From a virus, in IMG/VR virus record IMGVR_UViG_3300035670_000099, positions 1 to 64,000 of that record: a stretch of DNA of 64,000 nucleotides. One strand, 5' to 3'. Under the pieces are notes generated by a model that was given only the letters and a program-made list of their open reading frames with translations, made no database searches and was not told the DNA's origin. The position numbers were made by a program, and so were the translations under genes. Of this stretch, positions 17,832 to 27,645 are shown piece after piece. Every line of letters starts with the position of its first letter. Position 1 is the stretch's first letter.

Positions 17832-18253
17832 AGTACGTTGTTAATTATGATGATTTACACCTTAAAGATTGGCTAAATGCTAATCCTGATGTGTGGGAAC
17901 AATTCATCAAGAAACACAAAAATGGAAAGTTTTTCATAGCGCTCAAAGACAGATTTGATGCGTGTGTTTTTTATGAAACTAAATCTCAGTGGGGAGATTT
18001 TATCTATGGAGTCCAGCTTCATCCTCCTTTAGAGAAAGAAGAATTTGGTTTTCTAGATATTGAACAAATAGAAAATCGTTTTCACTCTCATTGCTTAATG
18101 CTTATAGAGAAAGCAGCAAATCCTGCATCTAAAGAGCAGCAAAAGCAGGAATACATCACTTACATAGAACTCTATGGAGTTGAAAAACTCGCACAAGTGG
18201 TGGGAGAAAATAAAGTTAGGCAAGTTTTAGGAGATTATGCAATTTATTGCTGA
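17828..18253 (+). CDS. Hypothetical protein with DWLNANPDVWEQFIK N-terminal module
   Basis: ATGA coupling and GGAGG SD. Confidence 0.7.
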   Translation: MKYVVNYDDLHLKDWLNANPDVWEQFIKKHKNGKFFIALKDRFDACVFYETKSQWGDFIYGVQLHPPLEKEEFGFLDIEQIENRFHSHCLMLIEKAANPASKEQQKQEYITYIELYGVEKLAQVVGENKVRQVLGDYAIYC

Positions 18254-18497
18254 CGATAAAAAAATTCAGGATTGGCTAAATGCTAATCCTGACGTGTGGG
18301 AACAGTTCATTAAAGAATATCCAGAATATTCTCACACAACTTTTGATAAAGCTATTTTCTTTACAGAAGAAATGTCGGAAAATAGCGATTATTCAATGGC
18401 AACTTTTGTCGGATTTGAACCAAGAATCAAAACATCTGATGGGTGGTTCTTATCTGATTGTTTCTTAGATTTTTGCAAAAGGAGATGGGATGATTAA
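18237..18497 (+). CDS. Hypothetical protein with DWLNANPDVWEQFIK N-terminal module
   Basis: AGGAG SD; shares the module with the upstream gene. Confidence 0.7.
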   Translation: MQFIADDKKIQDWLNANPDVWEQFIKEYPEYSHTTFDKAIFFTEEMSENSDYSMATFVGFEPRIKTSDGWFLSDCFLDFCKRRWDD

Positions 18498-19089
18498 AGT
18501 AGATTGCTTTGGCACTGAATTAGTCGTTGATATTCTAATGGACAAGAATCAAATGGCAATATTAAATCTTTCTCCATTAGAAGATTATATCTGGGCAAAA
18601 ATATTTTATGAACTTGGATGGAATGTGCCAGATCCATCCAACATAGCAAAGTCTTGTTTTGCCTATTCAATGGATAAGAAAGAAAGAAGCTTTGTACTCT
18701 TTTTGGAATACAAAGAGGATTGCCTTAGGCATGTTTACAGTCAACTACAAAGCAAAATGAAACTCCGCTTAGATTACAATCCAAACGAGTTTAGATGGGA
18801 TTTACCATACGTTAGAGGAACGTATGACTACCATTACTTTAGATTACTGGAAACTCCAGCTAGTATGTACGTTGACGTAAATCACTACAGAGGCTGGGAG
18901 AATCAAGCGTGGTTTGAGCAGCTTTCTGAAATCAACGATAACAAGACGAAAGAGCAATCTTTCAAGGAAGAAAAGGAAAAACTAAAACAATTTTTCCTTG
19001 AACTCGCTTTAAACAAGCTAGATATTGACTTGTCTAAATACACTTACTTGGACAACGCAAACACTTTGGTATGGACATGTACGCAATAA
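18490..19089 (+). CDS. Hypothetical protein
   Basis: Coupled ORF with AGGAG SD. Confidence 0.75.
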   Translation: MIKVDCFGTELVVDILMDKNQMAILNLSPLEDYIWAKIFYELGWNVPDPSNIAKSCFAYSMDKKERSFVLFLEYKEDCLRHVYSQLQSKMKLRLDYNPNEFRWDLPYVRGTYDYHYFRLLETPASMYVDVNHYRGWENQAWFEQLSEINDNKTKEQSFKEEKEKLKQFFLELALNKLDIDLSKYTYLDNANTLVWTCTQ

Positions 19090-19217
19090 TTGAAAACAAA
19101 CAACTCAAAGAAGCTAGTCCTGGCATCACCAGAGATTTAGCTATCATCGCTTTAAATTTGGCAAAAGCAGGTAAATTGCCAAACGCGTCTTTCAAGAAAG
19201 ACAAAGATGCTTATTAA
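19071..19217 (+). CDS. Small hypothetical protein (~48 aa, not in ORF track)
   Basis: MDMYAIIENKQLKEASPGITRDLAIIALNLAKAGKLPNASFKKDKDAY* fills the operon gap. Confidence 0.5.
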   Translation: MDMYAIIENKQLKEASPGITRDLAIIALNLAKAGKLPNASFKKDKDAY

Positions 19218-19301
19218 TCAAAGCACCTAAAGAGTCTTGGAAAAAGCACAGCGTAGATTAGACAGATTTTCGGAAAACTTCAATGGCACCTGGATACCTT
19301 A

Positions 19302-19586
19302 ATGCAGCAATACGTTGAAATCAAAACAAATGGAGAGTTAGTCAATGGCGCTCTCCAATTAAATCAGCTAGCAATTAAAACGTTGTTAGATTTGATTGGT
19401 GATGGCAGTAATCCTGATTTACAGACAGAATATGGTTTCTTTCGTGTACTGCCAACAGCTTTTATCAGACAAGATCTTCTCTACAAGCAAAAAGACAAAA
19501 TCTGCATGCACGATGCGGAACTTAGCTATTTTGTTATAGCTAACGATAAAACATGGGATAATTTATTGTCAGAAACGGAACAATAA
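19302..19586 (+). CDS. Hypothetical protein
   Basis: ORF followed by terminator gcacttag..ctaagtgc-T6. Confidence 0.65.
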   Translation: MQQYVEIKTNGELVNGALQLNQLAIKTLLDLIGDGSNPDLQTEYGFFRVLPTAFIRQDLLYKQKDKICMHDAELSYFVIANDKTWDNLLSETEQ

Positions 19587-19739
19587 ATACAACTAACACG
19601 ACTTCAATGCACTTAGACTCACCAGCTAAGTGCTTTTTTATTTGGTATAAAAATTTTTTGAAAAAAAAACAAAACCAGTGTCCGTTCACTGCTGGTTCTG
19701 TTATGATAAATTTATTCTTTGTTAATGGATATATTATAA

Positions 19740-20948
19740 ATGACTTTTGTGTTTCCGGGGAGAGTAATTGCATATTCTCCAGAAGTATCAAAAAAATTAG
19801 GATCTGTCACCGCTGCCATCCTAGTAGGACAGTTAGAATTTTGGTTTAGCAAGTATAAGACATTTTGGAAGTTCTTAGAACCAAACAATTCTGAGAACTA
19901 TAGAGAAGGCGACTCTTGGACAGAAGAACTAGCAATGTCTAAAGCAGAGTTCAAGACTGCTTTTAGCAAAGTAGGGATAAAGTACGCCTCCCAAAAAGAG
20001 TATGAAGATGCAGAGAATAAGTTCATTAAAGACGGTAAAGAATATCTTTATTGTTCTTACACGAATAAGATGACGCATATCACCTGGTATGAGCGCAATG
20101 ATGCCAAGGTGGAAAGATTTTGGATAGACACGTTCTTTGTGGATAGAAGCACTCTTAAAGAGCGCCCATTCTTGTTTAATGAACTACAAGACAAGAAAGA
20201 GACAAGAGCGCTCACACCCGTACTTGGTGTGAGGCGGGATTTGCCACAATCACAATCTCGCTTTCCCGAAAGCAAGAAAGTTGATCTCGATTCATATACA
20301 GAGATCAATGCAAAGAAAAAAAATAAATATAAGAAAGATGTTGTGGACAAGACTCAGAATAAGTCTGAGGAAAAGTCGGAAGTCCAAGAAGTAAAAAGTC
20401 TTTCTTTGGCAAAAACTCAAGAAGATAAGAATGTTGAAAGATTATCCGTTGATCAAGATAAACAAGTGCCGCCCGCGCCCGCGTCTTGTCAAGGCAAGGA
20501 TAGTCTTGGATTAAGCAATGATTATTATACGCGTCCAACACATCATATAAAAAAGACATCTATGAGCATTGCAACAGATGCTTGGATGGCTGGAAGCAAG
20601 CAAAATGTTAAAGCTTCGTTTGCTGAATGGGTGTATAATGAGCGGCGAAAAAGCAACCCTAATACTAATTTGGCTGATATTGTTGCTGAGATTAAAAACA
20701 ATGCCGACGGCGCTGCTATTTGGTGGAAACAGTATCTTAAATACCAAGAAGAACAAGCCAAGCTAGAACAACTACAACAAGAGAAGTTGAAAGAGAAGGC
20801 ATTGGCTGAAGCCAAAGAAAAGCAAGCGCAATGGGAGATAGAACAAGAAGCTGAATCTCTTGGCATGACTACTCAAGAGTACGTTCTTTACAAAAATAAA
20901 AAAGCTGAAAAGGACTTAAAAGCTAAATTCAATGAGTGGGGTTTCTAA
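19740..20948 (+). CDS. Putative replication initiator protein
   Basis: N-terminal wHTH-like IAYSP..SKKLGSVTAAILVGQLEFW...SWTEEL.MS, a low-complexity linker, and position directly upstream of DnaB. Confidence 0.6.
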   Translation: MTFVFPGRVIAYSPEVSKKLGSVTAAILVGQLEFWFSKYKTFWKFLEPNNSENYREGDSWTEELAMSKAEFKTAFSKVGIKYASQKEYEDAENKFIKDGKEYLYCSYTNKMTHITWYERNDAKVERFWIDTFFVDRSTLKERPFLFNELQDKKETRALTPVLGVRRDLPQSQSRFPESKKVDLDSYTEINAKKKNKYKKDVVDKTQNKSEEKSEVQEVKSLSLAKTQEDKNVERLSVDQDKQVPPAPASCQGKDSLGLSNDYYTRPTHHIKKTSMSIATDAWMAGSKQNVKASFAEWVYNERRKSNPNTNLADIVAEIKNNADGAAIWWKQYLKYQEEQAKLEQLQQEKLKEKALAEAKEKQAQWEIEQEAESLGMTTQEYVLYKNKKAEKDLKAKFNEWGF

Positions 20949-20953
20949 TTCCA

Positions 20954-20982
20954 TTGACAGTGTGTTTTTATTGTGTTAGATT
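20954..20982 (+). promoter_or_regulatory. Sigma70-type promoter for dnaB
   Basis: TTGACA-N17-TAGATT. Confidence 0.55.
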
Positions 20983-21009
20983 GCTGGTGGTGTTTACCGT
21001 GGTGTTAGC

Positions 21010-22314
21010 ATGGACGTTACAATAATAAATTCTCCGGAGTCGGAGAGAGAACTTCTAAGTTATGTGTTAGTGCATGGCAACTTGGATATAGTTGAAAAAT
21101 ACGAGATACAGGAAGAAGATTTTTATGTGTTGGATTACAAAAAGCTATTTAAAGTATTTAAGACTTTAAATAATCAAGGCAAGCGCATTGACTTAATGGA
21201 AGTCAGCAATTTCTTAACTACAAATTCTGTTAAGTTAGTGGCGGAGCCGAAAGCATTAATAGCATCTATTCTGGATAGTGCGTATTACAATCCAGAGTCA
21301 GCAGCGTCTATAGTTAAGGACAAATCGCTCAGGAGGCGGATTATGTCAGCTGCTGAATTCGCAAAGAAAGAGTCCAACAACTTGCTTGTTGAGCCACAGG
21401 ACTTATTGGCATCTATGCAAGAGGAGTTGCTAAAAGTTGAAAGGCAAGTTCATGGGGACAGATATCAGCTGTACTCTGCTAATAAACTTGCTGTAAGCGT
21501 GTTTGATTACTTGACTTCAGAGCATCAAAAATTGCCTAATTTAGGCTGGTATTCACTTGATAATATACTAGAAGGCATTCGTCCGTGCGTGTACCTTGTA
21601 GCTGGCGGTACAGGCATGGGGAAAACGTCTTTTATGTTAGCTATGGCAATGCAATTGATGAAGCTGCATGGATTGCCTGCATTGTACTTTACTCCTGAAA
21701 TGACACAGGAGCAGTTTGCAACGAGAATGTTGTCAAACATTACTGGGATAAATTCTAGTGATTTGTTGCAGATTGGGAGAAATGAGCAACATCATAAGTG
21801 GGATGCAATTGTTCAAGGCATTGCACAGTTAGGGGATTTACCATTGTATGTGAACGATAATAGCTCACCTAGCATGGCAATTATTGAGTCAGATATTAGG
21901 AAAGTGATAGCTCAGCGTGGTGAGAAGATGGCTGTATTTGTGGATTATTTACAGCAATTGCCACCCGTTTCTAAAGATGGTGATTCTGCATCTGAGCTAG
22001 GACGACGGATGCAACTACTTGATAATATTTCTAAGAAATATCAAGTACCGCTATTTGTTGGTTGTCAGATTAATCGTAGTAACGCTACTACACAGGACAA
22101 ACGTCCTGATTTGTTTAGTATCCGTGGTAGTGGAGAGATCGCGGAAAAGGCAGCCGTTATCTTAGGATTGTTTCGTTCTGCTTATTATAGTAAAGATCCA
22201 GGAGATTATAGCTTTGAAGTTTCAGTGTTAAAACATCGATGGGGAAGGATGGGAGAGACTGCATATTTACGATGTGATTTAGGCACTTCATCTTTCTGGG
22301 ATGCAACAGTGTAG
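21010..22314 (+). CDS. dnaB: DnaB-like replicative helicase
   Basis: Walker A AGGTGMGKT, FTPEM, FVDYLQ, QINRS..DKRP and IRGSGEI. Confidence 0.92.
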   Translation: MDVTIINSPESERELLSYVLVHGNLDIVEKYEIQEEDFYVLDYKKLFKVFKTLNNQGKRIDLMEVSNFLTTNSVKLVAEPKALIASILDSAYYNPESAASIVKDKSLRRRIMSAAEFAKKESNNLLVEPQDLLASMQEELLKVERQVHGDRYQLYSANKLAVSVFDYLTSEHQKLPNLGWYSLDNILEGIRPCVYLVAGGTGMGKTSFMLAMAMQLMKLHGLPALYFTPEMTQEQFATRMLSNITGINSSDLLQIGRNEQHHKWDAIVQGIAQLGDLPLYVNDNSSPSMAIIESDIRKVIAQRGEKMAVFVDYLQQLPPVSKDGDSASELGRRMQLLDNISKKYQVPLFVGCQINRSNATTQDKRPDLFSIRGSGEIAEKAAVILGLFRSAYYSKDPGDYSFEVSVLKHRWGRMGETAYLRCDLGTSSFWDATV

Positions 22315-22379
22315 CTTCTGTTGTTAAACCTGCATTACTGTCAATATAATTAAAAAATAATGACAAATGCAGGTATCTC

Positions 22380-22676
22380 ATGACAGAAGAAGAAAGAGAC
22401 TTAAGAAGGCGGGAAGCCCAAAAACGTTACTATGAGCGTTCCAAGCGTGGATATAAGCCATCTAGATGCAGTAAGTGTGGAGCTAGACTTAAAATTGATT
22501 CTAAGCACGCTCCTATTTGCTGGGGCTGTTGGTACAAAACTGACGAAGGCAAAGAGTATTTGCGAGACAAGCAACGTCTTTGCAGAAAGAGAAAAAAGTC
22601 AGATAATCTATTGACAATTACTAGAAAAAATACTATAGTAGATGAAACGATTAGTGTAGGTGTAGTATGGAATTAA
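22380..22676 (+). CDS. Small basic CxxC...CxxC zinc-finger protein
   Basis: CSKCG and CWGC motifs. Confidence 0.6.
   Translation: MTEEERDLRRREAQKRYYERSKRGYKPSRCSKCGARLKIDSKHAPICWGCWYKTDEGKEYLRDKQRLCRKRKKSDNLLTITRKNTIVDETISVGVVWN
22611..22639 (+). promoter_or_regulatory. Sigma70-type promoter upstream of ERF
   Basis: aatcta-TTGACA-N17-TATAGT. Confidence 0.6.
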
Positions 22677-23392
22677 TAAAAGCATTGATAGCAGCGGAAG
22701 AAGAGTTTGAACCAATCATCAAAGACTGCCGTAACAAGGCACAGAATTTTACGTATGCTTCTATGGAAGCAATCAATCAGGCTATTAAACCTGCTTTACG
22801 CAAGAATGGCTTAAATGTCATGTTTATCAATAGTCAAGAAGCGGATGAAGAAAATCCCACCTTGACACTTGTGTTGACTCACAAGTCGGGGGAGAAGATG
22901 GAAAGTTCAATGAGACTTACGCCATCAATTATGAAGAATAAAGATGGCAGGGAAATCCAAACATATGCTCAAGCTTTGGCTGCTGCTAATACATCAGCTA
23001 AAAGACTGCTGTTGACAAGTATGTTGAATCTTTCTTTGGAGGAAGATGAGGACAGTGTATTTAATCCTGCTGAAATGCAGGCTCATAGAGTTCCGCATCG
23101 GGCTTTACCACAGCAGCAGCAAAAAACATTTGAGAAAATATCGTCAGAGCAGCTTTTGACATTGAATCAGTTGCTTTACAAAAAAGGAATGGTGAACGAT
23201 AAATTCCAAGCAGACGATGCTCAGAGAGTAGCTGCGTCTTCTGTCATTAAAGAAGTCTGTGGAGGTATATTTGCAAGAGCTGATATTCCTCAGAAGCATT
23301 TTCAGGCATTGCTTACCAAACTAGATGCTATACCAGATGCATTAGAATCTTCTGAGGACACGAAAGAAGAAGACATAAGTAAGTGGATATAG
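22667..23392 (+). CDS. ERF-family single-strand annealing protein
   Basis: FEPIIKD..N...FTYASMEAI..AIKPAL.KNGL, L.HKSGE..ES and Q..AAA.T.AKR..L. Confidence 0.8.
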   Translation: MELIKALIAAEEEFEPIIKDCRNKAQNFTYASMEAINQAIKPALRKNGLNVMFINSQEADEENPTLTLVLTHKSGEKMESSMRLTPSIMKNKDGREIQTYAQALAAANTSAKRLLLTSMLNLSLEEDEDSVFNPAEMQAHRVPHRALPQQQQKTFEKISSEQLLTLNQLLYKKGMVNDKFQADDAQRVAASSVIKEVCGGIFARADIPQKHFQALLTKLDAIPDALESSEDTKEEDISKWI

Positions 23393-23401
23393 AGTAATTT
23401 T

Positions 23402-23433
23402 TACCCGCTCTTGTTTAAGAGCGGGTATTTTTT
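23402..23433. terminator. Bidirectional intrinsic terminator
   Basis: tacccgctctt-gttt-aagagcgggta plus T-tract between convergent ERF and dnaN. Confidence 0.8.
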
Positions 23434-24545
23434 TAGTTTCTTAATTGAATAGGCATTGTCAATCTGATATTCTTGTCTAAATCGTCTACATTGGTTAAAA
23501 TTACTGGACTTAACGGCTGATTTAGCTTAATTAATACTTCCTCCCCATCTAATGATTTTAATCCATCCAGGAGGTATTTTAAATTGAATGCAGTTGTTAC
23601 AGAGTCGCCAGATATTTGAACTGACTCAATAGCATCAACAGCAGAGCCAAGTTGTGGTTCTTCACTACTAATTTCTAATCTTTGATTACCAGCATCAAAC
23701 ACAACTTTAGCTATATTGTTGCGACTATCAGCCATAACACTAACTCTCTCCAATGCGCCGATAAAGTCTTTTTTGGGAGCGATAACAGAAGTTGCAAATT
23801 CTTTTGGGATTAGTCTTGAGTAGCTTGGGTATGTGCCTTCTAGAATTTTAGTTACTATTGTTATTTCTGCTGTTTGGAAGTAAGCAGTGTAATCTTTCAT
23901 AGTAAAACTTAGCTCATCATAAGCCTTAACAATCCTGGAAATTTCTGTTAAGACTTTAGCTGGAATTGTTACTTCCATTGTTTCTAATTCTTTGTCATGA
24001 GCAAATTTATGTACAGATAATCTATGTCCGTCTGTACTAGCTAGTGTGATAAATAAATCAGAGACAGTAATATTTACTCCTTGTAGAATTTGCTTTGTCT
24101 CATCTGTTGATGCGGAGAACAATACGGCTTTTAAGCCCTGTAGAAAAGACTCTGCTGGTAATTTAAGTTTGTCATCTTCATCTTGAACCATTGGTATTTC
24201 TGGATATTCTGACGCACTTAGTGCGTTGATTTTCACCTTTCCAGTTTTGTGTTTGATAATTACTGTACTATCATCCAAAGTAACGGATAAATCGCATAAT
24301 TGAATACGATTTACTGTATCTAACAACAAACTTGCTGGTAAGCAAATTGAACCATTTGTATCTGTGCTACAATTGATTCTAGCTGTTATCCCAAAACTTA
24401 AATCGAATCCAGTGATAGTAAGCAAGTCGTCTTTAGCTGTTAACAATACCGTGCCTAATATTGGATGGGTGGGACGACTTGGGACGGCTTTAGAAACCAT
24501 TTGTAAAGCATTAGCCAGCATTTTTTGGTTAACGTGAAATTTCAT
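23433..24545 (-). CDS. dnaN: DNA polymerase III beta sliding clamp
   Basis: VSKAVPSRPTHPIL, TGFDLS.GI, DETKQILQGV, STDGHRL and MPIQLR (cyanobacterial type). Confidence 0.95.
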   Translation of the reverse strand: MKFHVNQKMLANALQMVSKAVPSRPTHPILGTVLLTAKDDLLTITGFDLSFGITARINCSTDTNGSICLPASLLLDTVNRIQLCDLSVTLDDSTVIIKHKTGKVKINALSASEYPEIPMVQDEDDKLKLPAESFLQGLKAVLFSASTDETKQILQGVNITVSDLFITLASTDGHRLSVHKFAHDKELETMEVTIPAKVLTEISRIVKAYDELSFTMKDYTAYFQTAEITIVTKILEGTYPSYSRLIPKEFATSVIAPKKDFIGALERVSVMADSRNNIAKVVFDAGNQRLEISSEEPQLGSAVDAIESVQISGDSVTTAFNLKYLLDGLKSLDGEEVLIKLNQPLSPVILTNVDDLDKNIRLTMPIQLRN

Positions 24546-24579
24546 TTTGTGTTAAAAAATAAAGGTGTCATTTAATTAT

Positions 24580-26085
24580 ATGATAAATGTCAAGTTAAAT
24601 CCTAAAAATAAAACAAAAATTAAACAAAAAACTATTGATATCTTGACACAAGATGGGAGATCTAATTCACTGGATAATTTTTACCAAGTCCCTAGGAAGT
24701 ATGGAGATTTTTTAGAAGAATGTTGTCGTATACGTTCTGGTAATAAATTTATTCCATTTATGCCATTTGATTATCAAAAAGTTGTTAGTGACTTGATTGA
24801 TGACTACCGTGGCATAATGATTTTTAAGACAAGACAATTAGGATTAACAGAATGTATTTCTGCTAAGTTCTTGCACAAAGCATTATTAAATCCAGCGTAT
24901 GCTTCTGCTGTTTTATCGTTGGGACAAAAAGAGTCGTCTAACATTGCTGTACGTATTCAATCAATGCCTGCTAACGTAAAAGATCTTAAATTTTTAACTA
25001 AATCTAAAACTGAAATTCACTTCCAGAATGCTGGTAAAATATGGTTTCGTCCAGCCACAGATAATGCTACGCGTTCTTTGGAATCTGTTAGTGATATTTT
25101 TTATGATGAAGCTGCTTTTCCTCCAAATTTTAGTGAGATTTATGCCTCATCAACACCATCTCAAGAAGCGGTAGGGGAGAATGCTAGAACTATAATGGCT
25201 ACTACAATGTCACAACTAGGTAAGTTATCGACATTTTGGCAAATGTTCAATAGCGCTAATCCTGTGGATGCAGAATCTATAATTCAACGGATAAAGTTGG
25301 GGAAAGAAGAGCCATGTTATTGGTGGATAGATGACAATGGTTGGGCGAAAGTTATTATCCACTGGAAAGCACACCCTGTATATTCTTCTGTACCTGACTT
25401 CTTAGAGAAAACTAAGAAGAAACACAAGCTAACAGATGATGCTTTGAACAGAGAATATAATTTAGGCATTCCTGACTCAGGTGGTGCATTATTCAGTTAT
25501 GAATATGTCTCTAAATGCGCAGTCGGTAGTTGGCAATTACCAAACAAAGATAGATATTATATGGCTGCTTTAGATCCAAATTTTGGTGGTACAGACTATT
25601 GGGAATATTTGATTATTGACATTACAGAAACTCCTTATCAAGTAGTTGCAGAATATAGAGAAAACTCTAGACAATCTTTGTATTGTATAGACAAAACGCT
25701 GGAGTTATCTGATGCCTATAATCCAGTTTTAACAGTGATAGAACATAATTCAGGTGGTGCTATTATTGCAGCTGAAATCTCCAAATTGAGGCGTAATTTA
25801 TCAATTGAAACTGTAGCTACTACCAACGTATCTAAAGTGCAAAATACAGATAGATTAGCGTTAGCTTTAGAAAAACAAGAAGTTATATTCCCCTACAATT
25901 GGGATGGATTAACAGAATTTGGCGCGTTCTCTTTGCAAAGCAGAAAAGCTATGTACGGACATGACGACTGTGTTATGTGCCTTGCTATTGCTTTTGCTAA
26001 ATTAGATGTTGCTTTAAGACGCAAAGGTACTGCCCTAGAAGGAGATCTAGGAACTATCGCGGGACGTAAAAGCAGATTTAGATAA
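24580..26085 (+). CDS. terL: Terminase large subunit
   Basis: KTRQLGLTE (Walker A), FYDEAAF (Walker B), ALDPN and HDDCVM nuclease motifs; precedes the portal. Alternative start at 24565. Confidence 0.9.
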   Translation: MINVKLNPKNKTKIKQKTIDILTQDGRSNSLDNFYQVPRKYGDFLEECCRIRSGNKFIPFMPFDYQKVVSDLIDDYRGIMIFKTRQLGLTECISAKFLHKALLNPAYASAVLSLGQKESSNIAVRIQSMPANVKDLKFLTKSKTEIHFQNAGKIWFRPATDNATRSLESVSDIFYDEAAFPPNFSEIYASSTPSQEAVGENARTIMATTMSQLGKLSTFWQMFNSANPVDAESIIQRIKLGKEEPCYWWIDDNGWAKVIIHWKAHPVYSSVPDFLEKTKKKHKLTDDALNREYNLGIPDSGGALFSYEYVSKCAVGSWQLPNKDRYYMAALDPNFGGTDYWEYLIIDITETPYQVVAEYRENSRQSLYCIDKTLELSDAYNPVLTVIEHNSGGAIIAAEISKLRRNLSIETVATTNVSKVQNTDRLALALEKQEVIFPYNWDGLTEFGAFSLQSRKAMYGHDDCVMCLAIAFAKLDVALRRKGTALEGDLGTIAGRKSRFR

Positions 26086-26210
26086 GGAAAGCCCTGTTGA
26101 AGAGAAGGGCATAGAGAGGGATAAAATTATTGTACCAAAAATTTTCTATATTACAGTTTTGCGTATATGTAACATATAATTAAAATTATATTATTTAATA
26201 ACATTTTTGT

Positions 26211-27482
26211 ATGGTTAATTACGGAAAAATATTTAGCAAACTTTGGCAATTTTTTAGAGGCTCTAATAATCTAGAAGGCATTAGGCAATCTGTTATTTAT
26301 CCGCACACTCAAACTAAAAATTATTTCGATTTACCAGAAACGCCTATACGTCCGGTACACGGTGATTTGAATATATCTTACGAACTTCTGGAGATGTATT
26401 ATTGGAGTTATGAATACAGGCACTCCATTGATACTATCGCATCTGATTGCTTCCAGGAAGTTGAAGGACAAGTCAGCAGTTGGTATGTCAATCCTACTTT
26501 AAGTGATGGCACAGTTGTTAGTCCAGAAGTGCTGGAAATAGCCAAAGAGCTATCAGAGTACAGATATGGTAAAGAACTAGTATTAGGCGGTGATTTTTTA
26601 ATTAGAGCAGCGATAGAAGCGTTAGCGTTTGGCGACAGTTTCGTTGAATTAGGCATTGGTAAAACAGGAATTGGTAATAATGATTGGGACATTGTTTCTA
26701 GTCAGTATTTACCTACTTTCTCTGTATTTGTGGAAAAGACTAGCAGTAATCAAACAGTAAGTTATATTCAACGTACAAGAGTCATGCCATCGGAGGATGA
26801 TATTCAATTCAATCCTGTTAAAATACTGCATTTTAAATACAAATCTAGAGGATTGTATGGCAATTCTATTGGATTTCCTTCTATAGAAACATGGCGTAAA
26901 TTCAAAGAGTGTTCTGTGGCATTAGAGACAGCAGCGCGAGATGTGGGGATTACTCCATGGTTGCATATTTTGCCAGAAGACAAGACGGAACAAGACAGAA
27001 TAGATTACATGCAGCGTCATGAATCTATGTCAGCAAGTGGTATTATTACCAATTTGTATTTACTGTCTGGCTCTGATGTTAAAAAAGCTGCTGGAACAAG
27101 TGGTGATTCATTAGCTCCTTTAATTGATTATTGGCTAAAGCTAAGATATCAATGCATTCCTCCTAGAGTGCCTGCATGGATATTTCCAGGATTAGCAGAA
27201 TCCACAGGTTCTAGAGATATTCATGGACAGCCAGCGTTAACTTATAGTCGTCTAATTGGTGAAGTCCGTTCCTTGATTGGAGAGCAAGTTAGATGGGCAA
27301 TTTGTCTAAAAATGGTATTAAGATATGGATACGATTTTTACATTGCTAACAGGCATTTTGATGTCAAATGGCCTAAGTGGGTATTAACTCCTAACTCTGA
27401 ATACACACAAGTCATGGGTGAGTTTGCTTCTCCTACTGATATTCCAACAACTACAGAATCTCCGGAGTCATATGGAAACTAA
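26211..27482 (+). CDS. Portal protein
   Basis: Position after TerL, size, and ALAFGDSFVE and F.P.KILHFK....LYG.S motifs. Confidence 0.8.
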   Translation: MVNYGKIFSKLWQFFRGSNNLEGIRQSVIYPHTQTKNYFDLPETPIRPVHGDLNISYELLEMYYWSYEYRHSIDTIASDCFQEVEGQVSSWYVNPTLSDGTVVSPEVLEIAKELSEYRYGKELVLGGDFLIRAAIEALAFGDSFVELGIGKTGIGNNDWDIVSSQYLPTFSVFVEKTSSNQTVSYIQRTRVMPSEDDIQFNPVKILHFKYKSRGLYGNSIGFPSIETWRKFKECSVALETAARDVGITPWLHILPEDKTEQDRIDYMQRHESMSASGIITNLYLLSGSDVKKAAGTSGDSLAPLIDYWLKLRYQCIPPRVPAWIFPGLAESTGSRDIHGQPALTYSRLIGEVRSLIGEQVRWAICLKMVLRYGYDFYIANRHFDVKWPKWVLTPNSEYTQVMGEFASPTDIPTTTESPESYGN

Positions 27483-27645
27483 TTTTATTCCAACTGAACA
27501 ATCAAATTTAGAGCCGTTAGAAACATTACTAAGACGTGCTTTAATCTTCCCTGAAGATGTTGACAAATACATTGAAGATTGGGACGAAAATAATCCAGAT
27601 TATGCCGGATTACTCAATGCTGAAATTTTACCAGAGGAGACATAA
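27472..27645 (+). CDS. Small acidic head-region protein
   Basis: METNFIPTEQ..., coupled to both neighbours. Confidence 0.6.
   Translation: METNFIPTEQSNLEPLETLLRRALIFPEDVDKYIEDWDENNPDYAGLLNAEILPEET

Noticed and set aside
22120-22140. PatS-like RGSGR heterocyst inhibitor motif
   Set aside because: The sequence is RGSGE, part of the conserved DnaB motif.
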